DNA of 64,000 bases from Candidatus Latescibacterota bacterium (GCA_965261395.1 OZ253462.1:4832001-4896000), one strand, 5' to 3'; positions 1-10,696 are shown, counted from the stretch's first letter. Numbers and translations are program-made. Notes: generated by a model from the letters alone, not told the origin.

Positions 1-270
1 AAAGCCGATGTAGCGGCCCCGGGCCTCGGCCACGCCGTGCTGCACGGAATAGCCCTTGCCGCGGTTGCGGTCATTTTGCACGCAGCGGACTTGGGGATGC
101 TCACGGGCGTACTCCGCAATGCAGGCGGCCGTGCGGTCGACGCTGCCGTCATCAACGACCAGCAATTCATAGGACCACGGCCGCTGCTGCAACAACGCGA
201 GCGTCTGCTCCAAGGCGATGAGAATCCGCTTCTCTTCGTTGTACGCGGGTATGACGATGCTCAAATCCAT
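1..270 (-). CDS. Glycosyltransferase family 2 (dolichyl-phosphate glucosyltransferase-like), runs off window
   Basis: Manual translation of the minus strand from ATG at 270: MDLSIVIPAYNEEKRI...ELLVVDDGSVDRT...NRGKGYSVQHGV, with the GT2 motifs IPAYNE, VDDGS and NxGKG. Not in the ORF track because it has no stop in the window. Confidence 0.9.
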   Translation of the reverse strand, partial: MDLSIVIPAYNEEKRILIALEQTLALLQQRPWSYELLVVDDGSVDRTAACIAEYAREHPQVRCVQNDRNRGKGYSVQHGVAEARGRYIGF

Positions 271-363
271 AGCTAGCGCAATCGCGGCGGCCCGCTTGAC
301 GTCCCCAGCCGCCGCGCCTATAATCCGCCGCAACCAAGCCCCTAAGCCCTGTGAGAAAGGCCA

Positions 364-741
364 ATGAGCGAGGAAACGCTTTCCCCGCTGCCTTCAGGCA
401 GTGAAACCATTTTCAGCAAAATCATCCGCCGCGAAATTCCCGCCGACATCGTCTATGAGGACGACGACTGTTTGGCCTTCCGCGACATCCAGCCCCAAGC
501 CCCGACGCACATCCTCGTCATACCCAAGGAAGTCGTCACCGGCGTGCAACACGCCGCTCCCGAGCACGGCCACCTGCTCGGCCACCTGCTGCTCAAGGCC
601 GGCCAGATCGCCGCCGAGCAGGGCCTAGCCGCGACGGGCTATCGCTTGGTCATCAACGCCGGCGAGGACGGGGGGCAAACGGTAGCCCACCTCCACGTCC
701 ATCTGCTCGGCGGCCGCCCCATGCAGTGGCCGCCCGGATAA
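364..741 (+). CDS. hinT: Histidine triad nucleotide-binding protein (HinT/HIT)
   Basis: TIFSKII..EIP..IVYEDD, AF.DI.PQAPTH and the triad HLHVHLLGG; AGAAAGG upstream. Confidence 0.92.
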   Translation: MSEETLSPLPSGSETIFSKIIRREIPADIVYEDDDCLAFRDIQPQAPTHILVIPKEVVTGVQHAAPEHGHLLGHLLLKAGQIAAEQGLAATGYRLVINAGEDGGQTVAHLHVHLLGGRPMQWPPG

Positions 742-774
742 AAAAAGAGGCGATGCCACGCCGGGCACCGCCTC
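739..774 (-). terminator. Intrinsic terminator for rplC, between convergent genes
   Basis: Stem GAGGCGATGCC/GGCACCGCCTC followed on the minus strand by a T-run (the A-run at ~740-746 on +). Confidence 0.6.
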
Positions 775-798
775 ACAAGCACTCTTAAAGCAGGGGGG

Positions 799-1416
799 TT
801 AGCTGGTCTGTATCAGGATGTAGCCATTGGCTCCGCCCGGTACCGCCCCTTTGAGGAAGAGCAAGTTGCGATCCGCGTCGATCCGCTCGACGGTCAACCC
901 CTTGGTGGAAACCCTCTTGTTACCCATCTGGCCGGGCATTTTCTTGCCCTTCCACACCTTACCTGGAGTCGTGCCCTGGCCGATGGAGCCGCCGTGGCGT
1001 ACGGTATTGGGTGTGCCGTGGCTCGTGTTCTTGCCGTGGAAACCGTGGCGCTTGACCACCCCGGCAAACCCCTTGCCCTTGGATTTGCCCGTCACCTTGA
1101 CCCGGTGGCCGACCTCGAACTGGCCTACATCCAAGACTTGGCCGACCTCGAACGCGCCCTCTTCGCCGCGAAATTCGCGCAAGATGCGGTGCCCGTTCAC
1201 GCCGGCCTTAGCCAGATGGCCCTTTTGCGGCTTGGTCAGCTTGCGCTCCGGCACTTCGTCGAATGCGAGTTGCAAAGCCGAGTATCCATTGTCCTCCTCG
1301 GTCCGCACTTGTACCACCGGGCAGGGCCCGGCCGCGACGATCGTCACCGGCGTGAGCTCCTCGCGGTCGTTGTACACCTGCGTCATGCCCAATTTCTTGC
1401 CAATCAAGGCCCCCAT
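799..1416 (-). CDS. rplC: 50S ribosomal protein L3
   Basis: GKKLGMTQ, GYSALQL, SKGKGFAGVVKRHGF, GSIGQ..TPGKVWKGKKMPGQMG, KGAVPG. Confidence 0.97.
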   Translation of the reverse strand: MGALIGKKLGMTQVYNDREELTPVTIVAAGPCPVVQVRTEEDNGYSALQLAFDEVPERKLTKPQKGHLAKAGVNGHRILREFRGEEGAFEVGQVLDVGQFEVGHRVKVTGKSKGKGFAGVVKRHGFHGKNTSHGTPNTVRHGGSIGQGTTPGKVWKGKKMPGQMGNKRVSTKGLTVERIDADRNLLFLKGAVPGGANGYILIQTS

Positions 1417-1452
1417 AAGGCCAACTCCTTCAGATAGTTGTAGATCAAACAG

Positions 1453-1489
1453 AATTGTAGAAATTACGCAAAAATTTCCTGGCGGGCAA
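1453..1489 (-). promoter_or_regulatory. Putative sigma70-type promoter of rplC
   Basis: The minus strand reads TTGCCC-17 nt-TAATTT, with TACAAT just downstream, in an AT-rich divergent intergenic region. Confidence 0.35.
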
Positions 1490-1515
1490 GAGATGCCCGC
1501 AGTGGGGCGGCAAAA

Positions 1516-2415
1516 TTGAGCGCGATAACCATATTTCGCGGTGGGGCAATCGGCGACTTCGTCCTCACCCTACCCGCCATTGATGCCGTGCGCCGAGCCT
1601 TTCCCACCGCCGAATTGCGCCTCATCGGCCACCCGGCGACCCTAGCGCTCGGCCCAGCGGCCTCCGTCCTCGACAGCGAAGATCCACGCCTGATTGCCCT
1701 GCACCGCGATGGGCCGCTTCCCCCGGCCACTCGCCAGCTCTTCGCCGCTACGCAGCGCGTGCTAGCCTATGTGGTGAATGCCCAACAACACTTCGGCCCG
1801 CAACTGCGCCGAGCCGTAGCCGGCCCCGTGTTGCTGTGGGACCCACGCCCCCCAGCCGATTTCCGCGGCCACATCGTCGATCACTTGCTAAGCCCCTTGC
1901 GGCAATGGGGCCTGCCCGTCGGCGACCGCACCCCGCACATCGCGCTGCGGCCCGGCGACTACGGCTATGTGGACGCGCTCGCCTCCGCGCCCGAAGTCGT
2001 CATCCACCTAGGCAGCGGCTCGCCAGCCAAATGCTGGCCTGCAGCGAATTTCCACGCCCTCGCCAGCGCGCTGCAAAAAAGAGGCTGGCATACCGCGCTC
2101 CTGTGCGGCCCAGTCGAACGCGAACGCCAACTAACCGTCGGCAGCCTGCCCGCGCTCCACCCCCCAGACCTGCGCTCCCTTGCCGGCCTGCTCGCCAAAG
2201 CCGCGCTCTTTATCGGCAACGACTCCGGCCCCGGGCACATAGCCGCAGCCGTCGGCACCCCGACCCTGACGCTGTTTGGCCCCACCGACCCCCGGCTGTG
2301 GGCACCGCGCGGCAAGCGCAGCCACATCCTGCAAGCACCCGCCGCAGACATCGCTGCAATCCCCACTGTGACCGCAATAGACGCTGCGCTAGCCCTCCTC
2401 CAAAGTGCGCGATGA
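1516..2415 (+). CDS. Glycosyltransferase family 9 (ADP-heptose:LPS heptosyltransferase-like)
   Basis: GAIGDFVLTLPAI, HLGSGSPAKCWP, IGNDSGPGHIAAAVGTPTLTLFGPTDP. Confidence 0.9.
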   Translation: MSAITIFRGGAIGDFVLTLPAIDAVRRAFPTAELRLIGHPATLALGPAASVLDSEDPRLIALHRDGPLPPATRQLFAATQRVLAYVVNAQQHFGPQLRRAVAGPVLLWDPRPPADFRGHIVDHLLSPLRQWGLPVGDRTPHIALRPGDYGYVDALASAPEVVIHLGSGSPAKCWPAANFHALASALQKRGWHTALLCGPVERERQLTVGSLPALHPPDLRSLAGLLAKAALFIGNDSGPGHIAAAVGTPTLTLFGPTDPRLWAPRGKRSHILQAPAADIAAIPTVTAIDAALALLQSAR

Positions 2416-3035
2416 CTACTTCTTACGCCGACCAACGCCGCGCGATGGTGCGCGAGCAACTCAGCCAGCGCGGCATTCGCGATTCGCGCGTACTCGCGGC
2501 GTTTGACCGCGTCCCAAGGCATTGCTATGTCCCGGAGGCCCTGCGCTCCCACGCGTATGCCGACCACCCGCTGGCCATCGGCGCAGAGCAAACCATCTCT
2601 CAGCCGTACGTCGTGGCCTACATGCTCTCGGCTCTCGGCTTGCAGGGCGCGGAACGGGTCTTGGAGATTGGCACCGGCTCCGGGTACCAGACCGCCCTGC
2701 TCGCCGAACTGGCCGGTCAAGTCTATAGCATTGAATTCTTCTCCGACCTCGCCGCACAAGCCAGTCGAGTACTCGCCGATACAGGTTATGGCCATGTCGC
2801 TCTCCGCGTCGGCGACGGCCGCATGGGTTGGCCCGAGGCCGCCCCTTTTGACGCCATCGTATGCTCGGCTGCGCCCGCTACCATCCCACCCACTCTAACC
2901 GCACAACTAGCGCCTAACGGCCGCTTCATTCTCCCGCTAGGTACCCAACGCCAGCACTTGGTCTTGGTAGAACGCAGCCCGACCGGCCTCAGCCAGCGCA
3001 AACTCCTACCCGTGCGCTTCGTGCCGATGCAGTGA
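2412..3035 (+). CDS. pcm: Protein-L-isoaspartate O-methyltransferase
   Basis: QTISQP, VLEIGTGSGYQTA, GDGRMGWPEAAPFDAI, VRFVP. The ATG at 2412 overlaps the GT9 stop. Confidence 0.93.
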   Translation: MTTSYADQRRAMVREQLSQRGIRDSRVLAAFDRVPRHCYVPEALRSHAYADHPLAIGAEQTISQPYVVAYMLSALGLQGAERVLEIGTGSGYQTALLAELAGQVYSIEFFSDLAAQASRVLADTGYGHVALRVGDGRMGWPEAAPFDAIVCSAAPATIPPTLTAQLAPNGRFILPLGTQRQHLVLVERSPTGLSQRKLLPVRFVPMQ

Positions 3036-3134
3036 AGCCGCGCTTTCGCTTTTCTCGTCTAAGAAGCTGTCTGGAAATTTCGGGGATGTACCGACCGCCG
3101 AGCTTGCAGCCGGGCACAGGCCGCTAGGAATTTT

Positions 3135-4058
3135 CTAAACCCGCAAGCTGCCCACCAGCGAGGCGAGGCGGTCGATGCCGCGCTCGTCGCAATAGGCGTC
3201 GAGGCCCTCGACAATTTCGACGCCGGCGTTGGGGTTGGCAAAATTGGCCGTGCCGACTTGAACCGCGGAAGCTCCGGCGACCATGAACTCTAGGACATCA
3301 CTCGCGGTGGCGATGCCGCCGATGCCCATGACGGGCACGGCGACGGCTTGGGCTACCTTCCACACCATGGCGAGAGCCACGGGCTTGATCGCCGGGCCGG
3401 ACAAGCCGCCGGTGATACCGCCCAAGACGGGCCGCCGCCGCTCCACGTCAATGGCCATGCCAACGAGCGTATTGATCAGCGAGACCGCATCCGCACCCGC
3501 ATCCACTACGGCGCGGGCAATTTCGGCAATATCTGTGACATTGGGCGTCAGCTTGGCGATGACTGGCCGCTGGGTGCGGCTGCGGACTGCGGCAATGGCG
3601 GCAGCCGCGGTCTGGGGTCGGGTGGCGAAATTGTCGCCCCCGGCTTCGACATTGGGGCAGGATATATTGACTTCGAGCGCAGCAATGCCTGCCAATGCTT
3701 CGAGACTCGCCGCCATCTGCCCGAATTCCTCGACCGCGAATCCGGCGATATTTACCACCACCTGCGCGTCCAAACTGGCCAACAAAGGCCATTGCTTCTC
3801 AACAAAAGCCTCCAGCCCAGGGTTTTGCAAGCCAATGGAATTGAGCATTCCGGCCGGCGTCTCGACGATGCGCTGGGGAGGGTTGCCGCCCCGAGGCTGC
3901 GGAGTAATGGTTTTGGTGACCAGCCCACCCAAGCGCGCAAAATCGGTCAGCGGCAAAAGCTCCTGACCGTAGTTGCAGGTGCCCGAGGCCAGCAGTACCG
4001 GGTTGCGCAGTCGCACACCGGCAAAGTCTATGCTCAAGTCGGCCATGCGCTGTTCCAT
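3135..4058 (-). CDS. pyrD: Dihydroorotate dehydrogenase, family 1B catalytic subunit
   Basis: LASGT, NSIGLQNPG, NISCPNV, KLTPNVTDI, GGLSGPAIKP, QVGTANF. Start is 4058 (MEQRM) or 4046. Confidence 0.93.
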   Translation of the reverse strand: MEQRMADLSIDFAGVRLRNPVLLASGTCNYGQELLPLTDFARLGGLVTKTITPQPRGGNPPQRIVETPAGMLNSIGLQNPGLEAFVEKQWPLLASLDAQVVVNIAGFAVEEFGQMAASLEALAGIAALEVNISCPNVEAGGDNFATRPQTAAAAIAAVRSRTQRPVIAKLTPNVTDIAEIARAVVDAGADAVSLINTLVGMAIDVERRRPVLGGITGGLSGPAIKPVALAMVWKVAQAVAVPVMGIGGIATASDVLEFMVAGASAVQVGTANFANPNAGVEIVEGLDAYCDERGIDRLASLVGSLRV

Positions 4059-4846
4059 TTTATCTGCCGCGCGTCGAACGCCGGCCCATCCACGCAGATG
4101 CGGGCGTAGCGACCGTAGTCCGTGTCGCCTTTTGCCATCTCCAGCTCGACGGCGCAGCCCACGCAGATGCCAATGCCGCAAGCCATATACTCTTCGAGTG
4201 AGACCTGACACGGAACTTGGGCCTCTAGGCACATGGCGGCCACGGCCTGCATCATCCCATGCGGGCCACAGCAATAGACCGCGCACGGCCCCTTTTCAAC
4301 TAGCTCGTGCCGCAACAGATCGGTGACCAAGCCCGCGTGCCCGAGGCTACCGTCGTCGGTGGCGAGGCGCACTAGGTCCGCAGCCGGCGTGAGCAACTCG
4401 CTGGTCAGGTGCTTGCCCGCAGTCCGCGCCCCCACCAGCAGCGCAGTCTGGTGCGCCCACTGCCTCAGCTCCAATCCCCAGTACAGCAGCGGCGGCACGC
4501 CGATGCCACCCCCGACTAGTGCGACTCGCGTACCCTCGGGCGGCGGCGTGAATCCCTTGCCCAGCGGGCCGAGGGTCGGCAGAATTGCGTCCGGCCCGAG
4601 TTGGCTCAGTGCTCGGGTCTTAGGCCCGACCTCTTCGTACAATACCTCAATCATACCGGCCTCGCGATCGACACCGCTCACGCTCAGCGGGACGCGCAAC
4701 AAGGGCGCAATCCCCGCGCTGACCTCGATGTTGACGAACTGACCCGGCTCAATCTGCGCTGCAATGTAGGGTGCGTTAAGGCGCGCCAAATAGAAGTCCG
4801 CCGCGACTTCGCGGTTGCTCAACAGGCGCGCTTGCTCGTCAATCAC
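4034..4846 (-). CDS. pyrK: Dihydroorotate dehydrogenase electron transfer subunit
   Basis: PGQFV, GPLGKGF, GGGIGVPP, CGPHGMM and the [2Fe-2S] motif MACGIGICVGC...CVDGP. GTG start at 4846 overlaps the upstream stop. Confidence 0.9.
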   Translation of the reverse strand: MIDEQARLLSNREVAADFYLARLNAPYIAAQIEPGQFVNIEVSAGIAPLLRVPLSVSGVDREAGMIEVLYEEVGPKTRALSQLGPDAILPTLGPLGKGFTPPPEGTRVALVGGGIGVPPLLYWGLELRQWAHQTALLVGARTAGKHLTSELLTPAADLVRLATDDGSLGHAGLVTDLLRHELVEKGPCAVYCCGPHGMMQAVAAMCLEAQVPCQVSLEEYMACGIGICVGCAVELEMAKGDTDYGRYARICVDGPAFDARQIKWNSAWPT

Positions 4847-7467
4847 GGCTCTTCCCCTTTGCCTTGCGGCAGTCCAAACGGCACGGCCAACTCGATCCAA
4901 GACTTGATCTCCTCGCCGTTGCGGCGCACCGCGGGATAGAATCTATAGCCATACGCCGCGGCTATCGCGCTCTCGACAAAAGGAGGTTCTCCGCGAAAGA
5001 CCTCCACTTGCTCGGGCCGCCCCTCGTAGTCAATTAGCACGTCGAGCAACACCTCGGCCGAATCCTCAGCAGCCGCCGGATAGACTGGCCGCACCACCTG
5101 CCGGACCAGCGGCCAATCGCTCAGCGACAGGTCTCCCTCTTTCCACCCCAGTTGGTCGGGAGGAACCGACAAGTCGAGCGCGATCATCGCTTCCAAGTCC
5201 AAGTCCTCTTGGTCCTGGCCCGCCTGAAAATCCGGGTGCTTCTCCAGTAGGAAGCGAATCTGCGCGCTGTTGCGATCGCGCCGTGCGACCTCTCGCAGGT
5301 AGTGGTTGGCCGAGTCCTCTACGCCCTGCTCGGTAAAGGCGCGCCAGAGCCGGTAGTAGAGATTGAGGTTCCTCTTGTCAAAGGACAGGGCTTGGCGGTA
5401 GAACTCGATGGCGTCGTTGAAATAGCCCTCCTCCCAGTTGATGTTGCCGAGTTGATACAGGGCGCGCGGGTTGGCGACCTGTTGATCGATGCTCTGCTCG
5501 TAAAAATCGCGGGCTAACGCAACGTCTCCGCGTCGCTGCGCGCGCTCGGCAAAGCCGATGTATTTGCGCGCCAAGGACACGGAATCGAGCGTGTCCGGCT
5601 CCAAGGCGAGCAGTTCGATCCGCTCCCCTGGGCCGAGCTGGCCGCCGACCGCCTTCAGGCTGCGCTCCAGCTTGTCGATGAGCTTTTCCTCGCGCATTTC
5701 CCACCGCTGCTGGGACAGCTTGCCAAACCGCGTCTCGGCGAACTCCTCGCGCAACAATTGATAGCGCTGCTCGGCCGAAAGCGTATCTCCGACGACATTC
5801 TCGTAGGTATTGGCCGCCAAAAACGCCGCTTGACCCCCCGTTTGCGTACCGACGAAGGCATGGCTCAAACTGTCCAACAGGGGGATGTACGCCTCGGTGT
5901 TTTCAGGCTGTGCTAAGCGCAATGTTTCGATCCGCGCAAACTCGCGGGCTGCCAGCTCTTCGGCGGTGGCCTCGGACTTTTGCCCCAGCAGACGGCGGGC
6001 CTCGTTGGCGTGGGCCGAGGTGGGAAACTCCTCGATCAGCCGCAGCAAATAGGGCCTAGCCCCCTCTTCGTCGCCACGCATTTGCAACTCGATCCAAGCG
6101 AGGCTGTACACGGCGCGGGGCAATTGGTCGCTGTCCGGGAAGCGGCGGAGGACCTCCTCGTAGTACGCGCGGGCCGAATCGGCTTGGCCGATGTCGTCGC
6201 GATAGAGCTCGCACGCGCTGAACAGGTCGTCCAGCACATCCAAACTCCGCGCCACCACCACCGTATCGGCCGGGGCTTCCTCTGCCTGTCGCCACAACAG
6301 AGGCCCTTGCACCGCGCCTAGCGAATCGGCGTAGAGCGAATCGGCGCGGTGGACCTGGCGCTGGAACTGTTGCAGCCGACGCATGTGCCCCAGCATCTCC
6401 TGCGCTAAGAGCACGCCCTGCGCTCCCGGGCTCTCGCGGCTGCTCTCCTCAAGGTACTCGCGCCCCAGCTCGGTATCCCCGTATTCCTGCAGGCGCAGCA
6501 AGCCGATGCGATACAAGGCCATGGCCGCAGAGGGCGTCTGGGGAAAGTCGTTGCGCACCTGCTCGTACTCGGCCAGCGCCTCGTCGATCAAGCGGCGGCC
6601 CTGATACCACTCGCCGATTAGGAGCCGGGTGCGGCCCTCAAAGCGACGAAAGCGGCCCTCGTCGAGCAGGCTGACGTACGCCTCTAGGGCCTCATCCTCC
6701 GCGCCCATGGCGTAGAGCGCGCGGCCACTGTTGAGCCGAGCGCGATACTTTTGGTCCGCGCTGGGATCGGCCTGCAGCACCTCGTCGAAGGCCGCTAGGG
6801 CCTCATCTAAGCGGCCCGGATCCTCTAAGGCCATCAGCGCCTCGCCCAAGCGCAACCACAACTGGGCGCGCACCGCGCTCTTGGGAAAGGCCGCCAGCGT
6901 CGCCCGATATTCCCGCATGGCCGCGATGTAGTCCTCGCGGTCGTGCGCCATCTCGGCCAAGTGCAGGCCCGCTTGGACGGCGATCTTTTTCTCGGCCTCG
7001 TCAAACAGCACTCGGTAAAGCGACTGCGCTTGGTCGTCAGCCCGCTGCTCCTCTAGGCAGCGAGCGCGCCAGTAGCGGGCTTGATCGAAGTACGGACTGG
7101 ACGGGAAAAAGGTCTCCAAGTCGCGGAACGAATCTTGGGCATTGAGGTATTCGCCGCGCCAGTAATACGCCCGGCCGATCAGGAACATGGCGTCGTCAAC
7201 CAAGTCGCTCTCCTTGTACTTATCGAGCACCTTGGACGCCTTGCGCACCACTTTGTCGTAGAGTTGGTCGGCCTGCGGCGAGCGCTGCCGCTGCAATTCG
7301 GGCCCAGCCCGGTCAAAGGCCCAGTCGGCGTAGGTCTCTTCGTGCTTGTGCCGCTCTTTTTCGGCCGCGCGGAAGGTTTTCTTGGCGTTGTAAAACGTAT
7401 TGAAATAGACGCAGGCCGAAATCGCCAGACAACAAGCCAGCAACAGCACCAAGGGCGCGGTCCGCAC
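4843..7467 (-). CDS. TPR-repeat lipoprotein with C-terminal TonB_C-like domain
   Basis: Lipobox LAISA-C, many TPR-like helical pairs (DDAMFLIGRAYY, AMALYRIG, RALYQLG), and a C-terminal PVYP...VLIDYEGRP...YRFYPA..NG. Confidence 0.75.
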   Translation of the reverse strand: MRTAPLVLLLACCLAISACVYFNTFYNAKKTFRAAEKERHKHEETYADWAFDRAGPELQRQRSPQADQLYDKVVRKASKVLDKYKESDLVDDAMFLIGRAYYWRGEYLNAQDSFRDLETFFPSSPYFDQARYWRARCLEEQRADDQAQSLYRVLFDEAEKKIAVQAGLHLAEMAHDREDYIAAMREYRATLAAFPKSAVRAQLWLRLGEALMALEDPGRLDEALAAFDEVLQADPSADQKYRARLNSGRALYAMGAEDEALEAYVSLLDEGRFRRFEGRTRLLIGEWYQGRRLIDEALAEYEQVRNDFPQTPSAAMALYRIGLLRLQEYGDTELGREYLEESSRESPGAQGVLLAQEMLGHMRRLQQFQRQVHRADSLYADSLGAVQGPLLWRQAEEAPADTVVVARSLDVLDDLFSACELYRDDIGQADSARAYYEEVLRRFPDSDQLPRAVYSLAWIELQMRGDEEGARPYLLRLIEEFPTSAHANEARRLLGQKSEATAEELAAREFARIETLRLAQPENTEAYIPLLDSLSHAFVGTQTGGQAAFLAANTYENVVGDTLSAEQRYQLLREEFAETRFGKLSQQRWEMREEKLIDKLERSLKAVGGQLGPGERIELLALEPDTLDSVSLARKYIGFAERAQRRGDVALARDFYEQSIDQQVANPRALYQLGNINWEEGYFNDAIEFYRQALSFDKRNLNLYYRLWRAFTEQGVEDSANHYLREVARRDRNSAQIRFLLEKHPDFQAGQDQEDLDLEAMIALDLSVPPDQLGWKEGDLSLSDWPLVRQVVRPVYPAAAEDSAEVLLDVLIDYEGRPEQVEVFRGEPPFVESAIAAAYGYRFYPAVRRNGEEIKSWIELAVPFGLPQGKGEEP

Positions 7468-7477
7468 GAGCCGTCTC

Positions 7478-10400
7478 CTAGCCCCGATGGTAATCCTGCA
7501 GGGATTGCACGCTTAGTTCGGCGCGTTGCAGCGCCTCAATGCCCGCGACCGCAGCCCGGGCCCCGGCCATCGTCGTGGTATAGGGCACGCCGGTTACGAC
7601 CGCGGCCCGGCGCACCGCAAAGTCGTCGTAGTGCGAAGACTCGCCGAGGGGAGTGTTGATAATCAGGTCAATCTGGCGGCTGCGGATCGCGTCTTCGATG
7701 TGCGGGCGGCCCTCGTGAATTTTGCGCACCCGCTCTGCGGCGATGTCGTGCTTGCCGAGGAAGTCGCGCGTGCCCTGCGTAGCCACCAGCTCGAACCCGG
7801 CCGCGCGCAGCCTGCGAGCCACCGGCAAGACCTCCTCTTTATCGCAGTCGGCCACGCTGATAAAGACCCGGCCGCACGACGGCAGCAGCGAGCCCGCCCC
7901 CATCTGCGCCTTGAGGAAGGCCGTGCCAAAGTCGTGGCCAATGCCCATGACCTCGCCGGTGGACTTCATCTCCGGCCCCAACAGGCTATCGGCCCCAGGG
8001 AATTTTATAAAGGGCAGCACGGCCTCCTTGACCGATATGTGCGCCGGCACGACTTCCTCGGTGAAGCCCTGCTCGCGCAAGCTCACTCCCACCATAGCCA
8101 GCGCGGCGATCTTGGCCAGCGGGCGGCCAATGGCCTTGCTGACAAAGGGCACGGTGCGCGAAGCCCGGGGATTTACTTCAATCACATAGACCTCGCCTTG
8201 ATAGACGGCGTACTGCACGTTCATCAGGCCGATCACGCCGAGGGCACGCGCCAGCGCGTGGGTGTACTCGCGCATGGTCTCGATGTGCTTGGCCGGCGTG
8301 TCGTAAGGTGGCAAGGTGCAGGCACTGTCGCCCGAATGCACGCCAGCGTGCTCGATGTGCTGCATGATTCCACCGACGACCACGTCCGTCCCATCGGCCA
8401 CGGCATCCACGTCGAATTCCTCTGCGCCTTGCAGATAGCGGTCGATGAGCACGGGTCGCTCGGGTGCGACCTCAATGGCCTCGTCCATGTAGGTTTCGAG
8501 GCCCCCGACATCGTAGGCGACGACCATGGCCCGCCCGCCCAGCACATAAGAAGGCCGCACCAAAACCGGAAAGCCGATCTGTTCGGCGACCGCGCACGCC
8601 TCGGCACAACTAGCGGCCATGCCATTGGCCGGCTGACGGATACCCAGCTCGTTTAGTAGCTGGCCGAAGCGCTGGCGATCCTCGGCCAAATCGATGCTGC
8701 TGGACGAGGTGCCGATGATGGGCACGCCCTCGCGCTCTAGTTCAGCCGCCAAGTTCAGCGGAGTCTGCCCCCCGAACTGCACAATGACGCCGTCTGGGGC
8801 TTCGCGGTCGACTATGTGCAGCACGTCTTCGATCGTCAGCGGCTCAAAGTAGAGCTTGTCGGCCGTGTCGTAATCTGTGCTGACCGTCTCGGGATTGGAG
8901 TTGACCATGATGGTCTCATAGCCGATTTCGCGCAGCGCGAAACACGCGTGGACGCAGCAGTAATCAAATTCGATCCCCTGGCCGATGCGGTTCGGCCCCC
9001 CGCCGAGGATGGCGATTTTCTTGCGCGTCGAGCGCTGCACCTCGTCCTCGCGGTCGTACGTCGAGTAGTGGTAGGGCGTGTGCGCCTCGAACTCAGCGGC
9101 GCAGGTATCGACCGTTTTGTACACCGGGCGAATGTTCAGCTCAAGGCGACGGCGGCGGACGCCGGCCTCGTCGCAGCCGTTGAGATGCGCTAGCTGGCGG
9201 TCGCTAAATCCCCACTCCTTGGCGCGGCGCAACAAGGCGGCATCTGCGAGCACGTCTTCCCGCGCTAGCTGTTGTTCGAGTTCAAAAAGCTGGTAGAGCT
9301 GGTCGAGAAACCACGGGTCAATGCCCGTGAGGCCATAGATCTCGTCGTGGGTGTAGCCTTTGGCGATGGCCAGCTTGAGGTAGGACATGCGCTGGGAGTT
9401 GGGACGCAGCAATTTCTCGCGCAGTTCCTTGTCGGTCACCTTGGCCGCGCTCAGGTCCTTGCCGTCGGCACCAAAACCCGCCCGGCCGACCTCCAGCGAG
9501 CGCAGGCCCTTTTGCAGGGACTCCTTAAAGGTGCGGCCAATGGCCATGGTCTCTCCCACCGAGCGCATCTGGGTGTCGAGTGCGTCCGGCGTGCTGGGAA
9601 ATTTCTCAAAGGTAAAGCGCGGAATTTTGGTCACCACGTAGTCGATGGTCGGCTCAAAGGAAGCCGGGGTCTCGCGGGTGATGTCGTTGCGGATTTCGTC
9701 CAGACTGTAGCCCACGGCCAGTTTGGCGGCGATCTTGGCAATGGGAAAGCCCGTTGCCTTGGAAGCCAGCGCCGAAGAACGCGAGACCCGGGGGTTCATC
9801 TCGATGACGACCATGCGGCCGTCGGTGGGATTGACCGCGAACTGGATATTGGACCCGCCGGTATCCACCCCGATCTCGCGCATGATGCGGATGGCCGCAT
9901 CGCGCATGTGCTGATATTCCTTGTCCGACAAGGTCTGCGCCGGCGCGACCGTGATGCTATCGCCGGTGTGGATCCCCATGGGGTCGAAGTTTTCAATCGA
10001 GCAGATAATGACCACGTTGTCGCGGTGATCGCGCATGACCTCCAGCTCGAATTCCTTCCACCCGAGCACCGATTCCTCGATCAGCACCTCGTCGATCGGG
10101 CTTAGGTCGAGGCCGTGGCGCACGATCTGCTCGAATTCCTCGGCGTTGTACGCCACGCCGCCGCCAGAGCCTCCCATCGTAAAAGAGGGGCGAATGATGG
10201 TCGGGTAGCCCAAGTCGGCTTGGTGCTTGTGGGCCTCTTCGAGGCTGTGGACGAAGGCCCCGCGAGGCATGGACAATCCGGCCCGGTCCATGGCGGCTTT
10301 GAAGAGCTCGCGGTCTTCGGCCATCTTGATGGCCTCGAGTGAAGCGCCGATCAGCTCGACGTTGTGCTCGGCGAGGATGCCGCTTTCGGCCAAGGCCACC

Positions 10401-10696
10401 GCCGTGTTGAGCGCGGTTTGGCCCCCGAGCGTTGGCAGGAGGGCCTGCGGCTTTTCCGCGGCGATGATCCGCGCGCAAATCTCCGGCGTGATCGGCTCGA
10501 TATAGGTCCGGTCGGCCACCTCTGGATCAGTCATAATCGTCGCCGGATTGCTGTTGACCAAGACGATGTCGTAGCCTTCTTCGGCCAGCGCCTTACAGGC
10601 TTGCGTTCCCGAATAATCAAACTCGCAGGCTTGGCCAATGACGATGGGGCCAGAGCCGATGAGCATTATTTTTTGAATGTCTGTGCGTTTGGGCAT
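7478..10696 (-). CDS. carB: Carbamoyl-phosphate synthase large subunit
   Basis: [62 protein letters not shown], and a C-terminal MGS domain. Confidence 0.98.
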   Translation of the reverse strand: MPKRTDIQKIMLIGSGPIVIGQACEFDYSGTQACKALAEEGYDIVLVNSNPATIMTDPEVADRTYIEPITPEICARIIAAEKPQALLPTLGGQTALNTAVALAESGILAEHNVELIGASLEAIKMAEDRELFKAAMDRAGLSMPRGAFVHSLEEAHKHQADLGYPTIIRPSFTMGGSGGGVAYNAEEFEQIVRHGLDLSPIDEVLIEESVLGWKEFELEVMRDHRDNVVIICSIENFDPMGIHTGDSITVAPAQTLSDKEYQHMRDAAIRIMREIGVDTGGSNIQFAVNPTDGRMVVIEMNPRVSRSSALASKATGFPIAKIAAKLAVGYSLDEIRNDITRETPASFEPTIDYVVTKIPRFTFEKFPSTPDALDTQMRSVGETMAIGRTFKESLQKGLRSLEVGRAGFGADGKDLSAAKVTDKELREKLLRPNSQRMSYLKLAIAKGYTHDEIYGLTGIDPWFLDQLYQLFELEQQLAREDVLADAALLRRAKEWGFSDRQLAHLNGCDEAGVRRRRLELNIRPVYKTVDTCAAEFEAHTPYHYSTYDREDEVQRSTRKKIAILGGGPNRIGQGIEFDYCCVHACFALREIGYETIMVNSNPETVSTDYDTADKLYFEPLTIEDVLHIVDREAPDGVIVQFGGQTPLNLAAELEREGVPIIGTSSSSIDLAEDRQRFGQLLNELGIRQPANGMAASCAEACAVAEQIGFPVLVRPSYVLGGRAMVVAYDVGGLETYMDEAIEVAPERPVLIDRYLQGAEEFDVDAVADGTDVVVGGIMQHIEHAGVHSGDSACTLPPYDTPAKHIETMREYTHALARALGVIGLMNVQYAVYQGEVYVIEVNPRASRTVPFVSKAIGRPLAKIAALAMVGVSLREQGFTEEVVPAHISVKEAVLPFIKFPGADSLLGPEMKSTGEVMGIGHDFGTAFLKAQMGAGSLLPSCGRVFISVADCDKEEVLPVARRLRAAGFELVATQGTRDFLGKHDIAAERVRKIHEGRPHIEDAIRSRQIDLIINTPLGESSHYDDFAVRRAAVVTGVPYTTTMAGARAAVAGIEALQRAELSVQSLQDYHRG

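Noticed and set aside
37-276. 79-aa plus-strand ORF
   Set aside because: It is antisense to the clear GT2 gene at 1-270.
1836-2411. N-terminal extension of the 399-aa ORF (pcm)
   Set aside because: It overlaps GT9 in another frame and is low-complexity Arg/Pro; Pcm homology starts at ATG 2412.
4059-4286. N-terminal extension of the pyrD ORF
   Set aside because: It overlaps pyrK; homology starts near 4058/4046.
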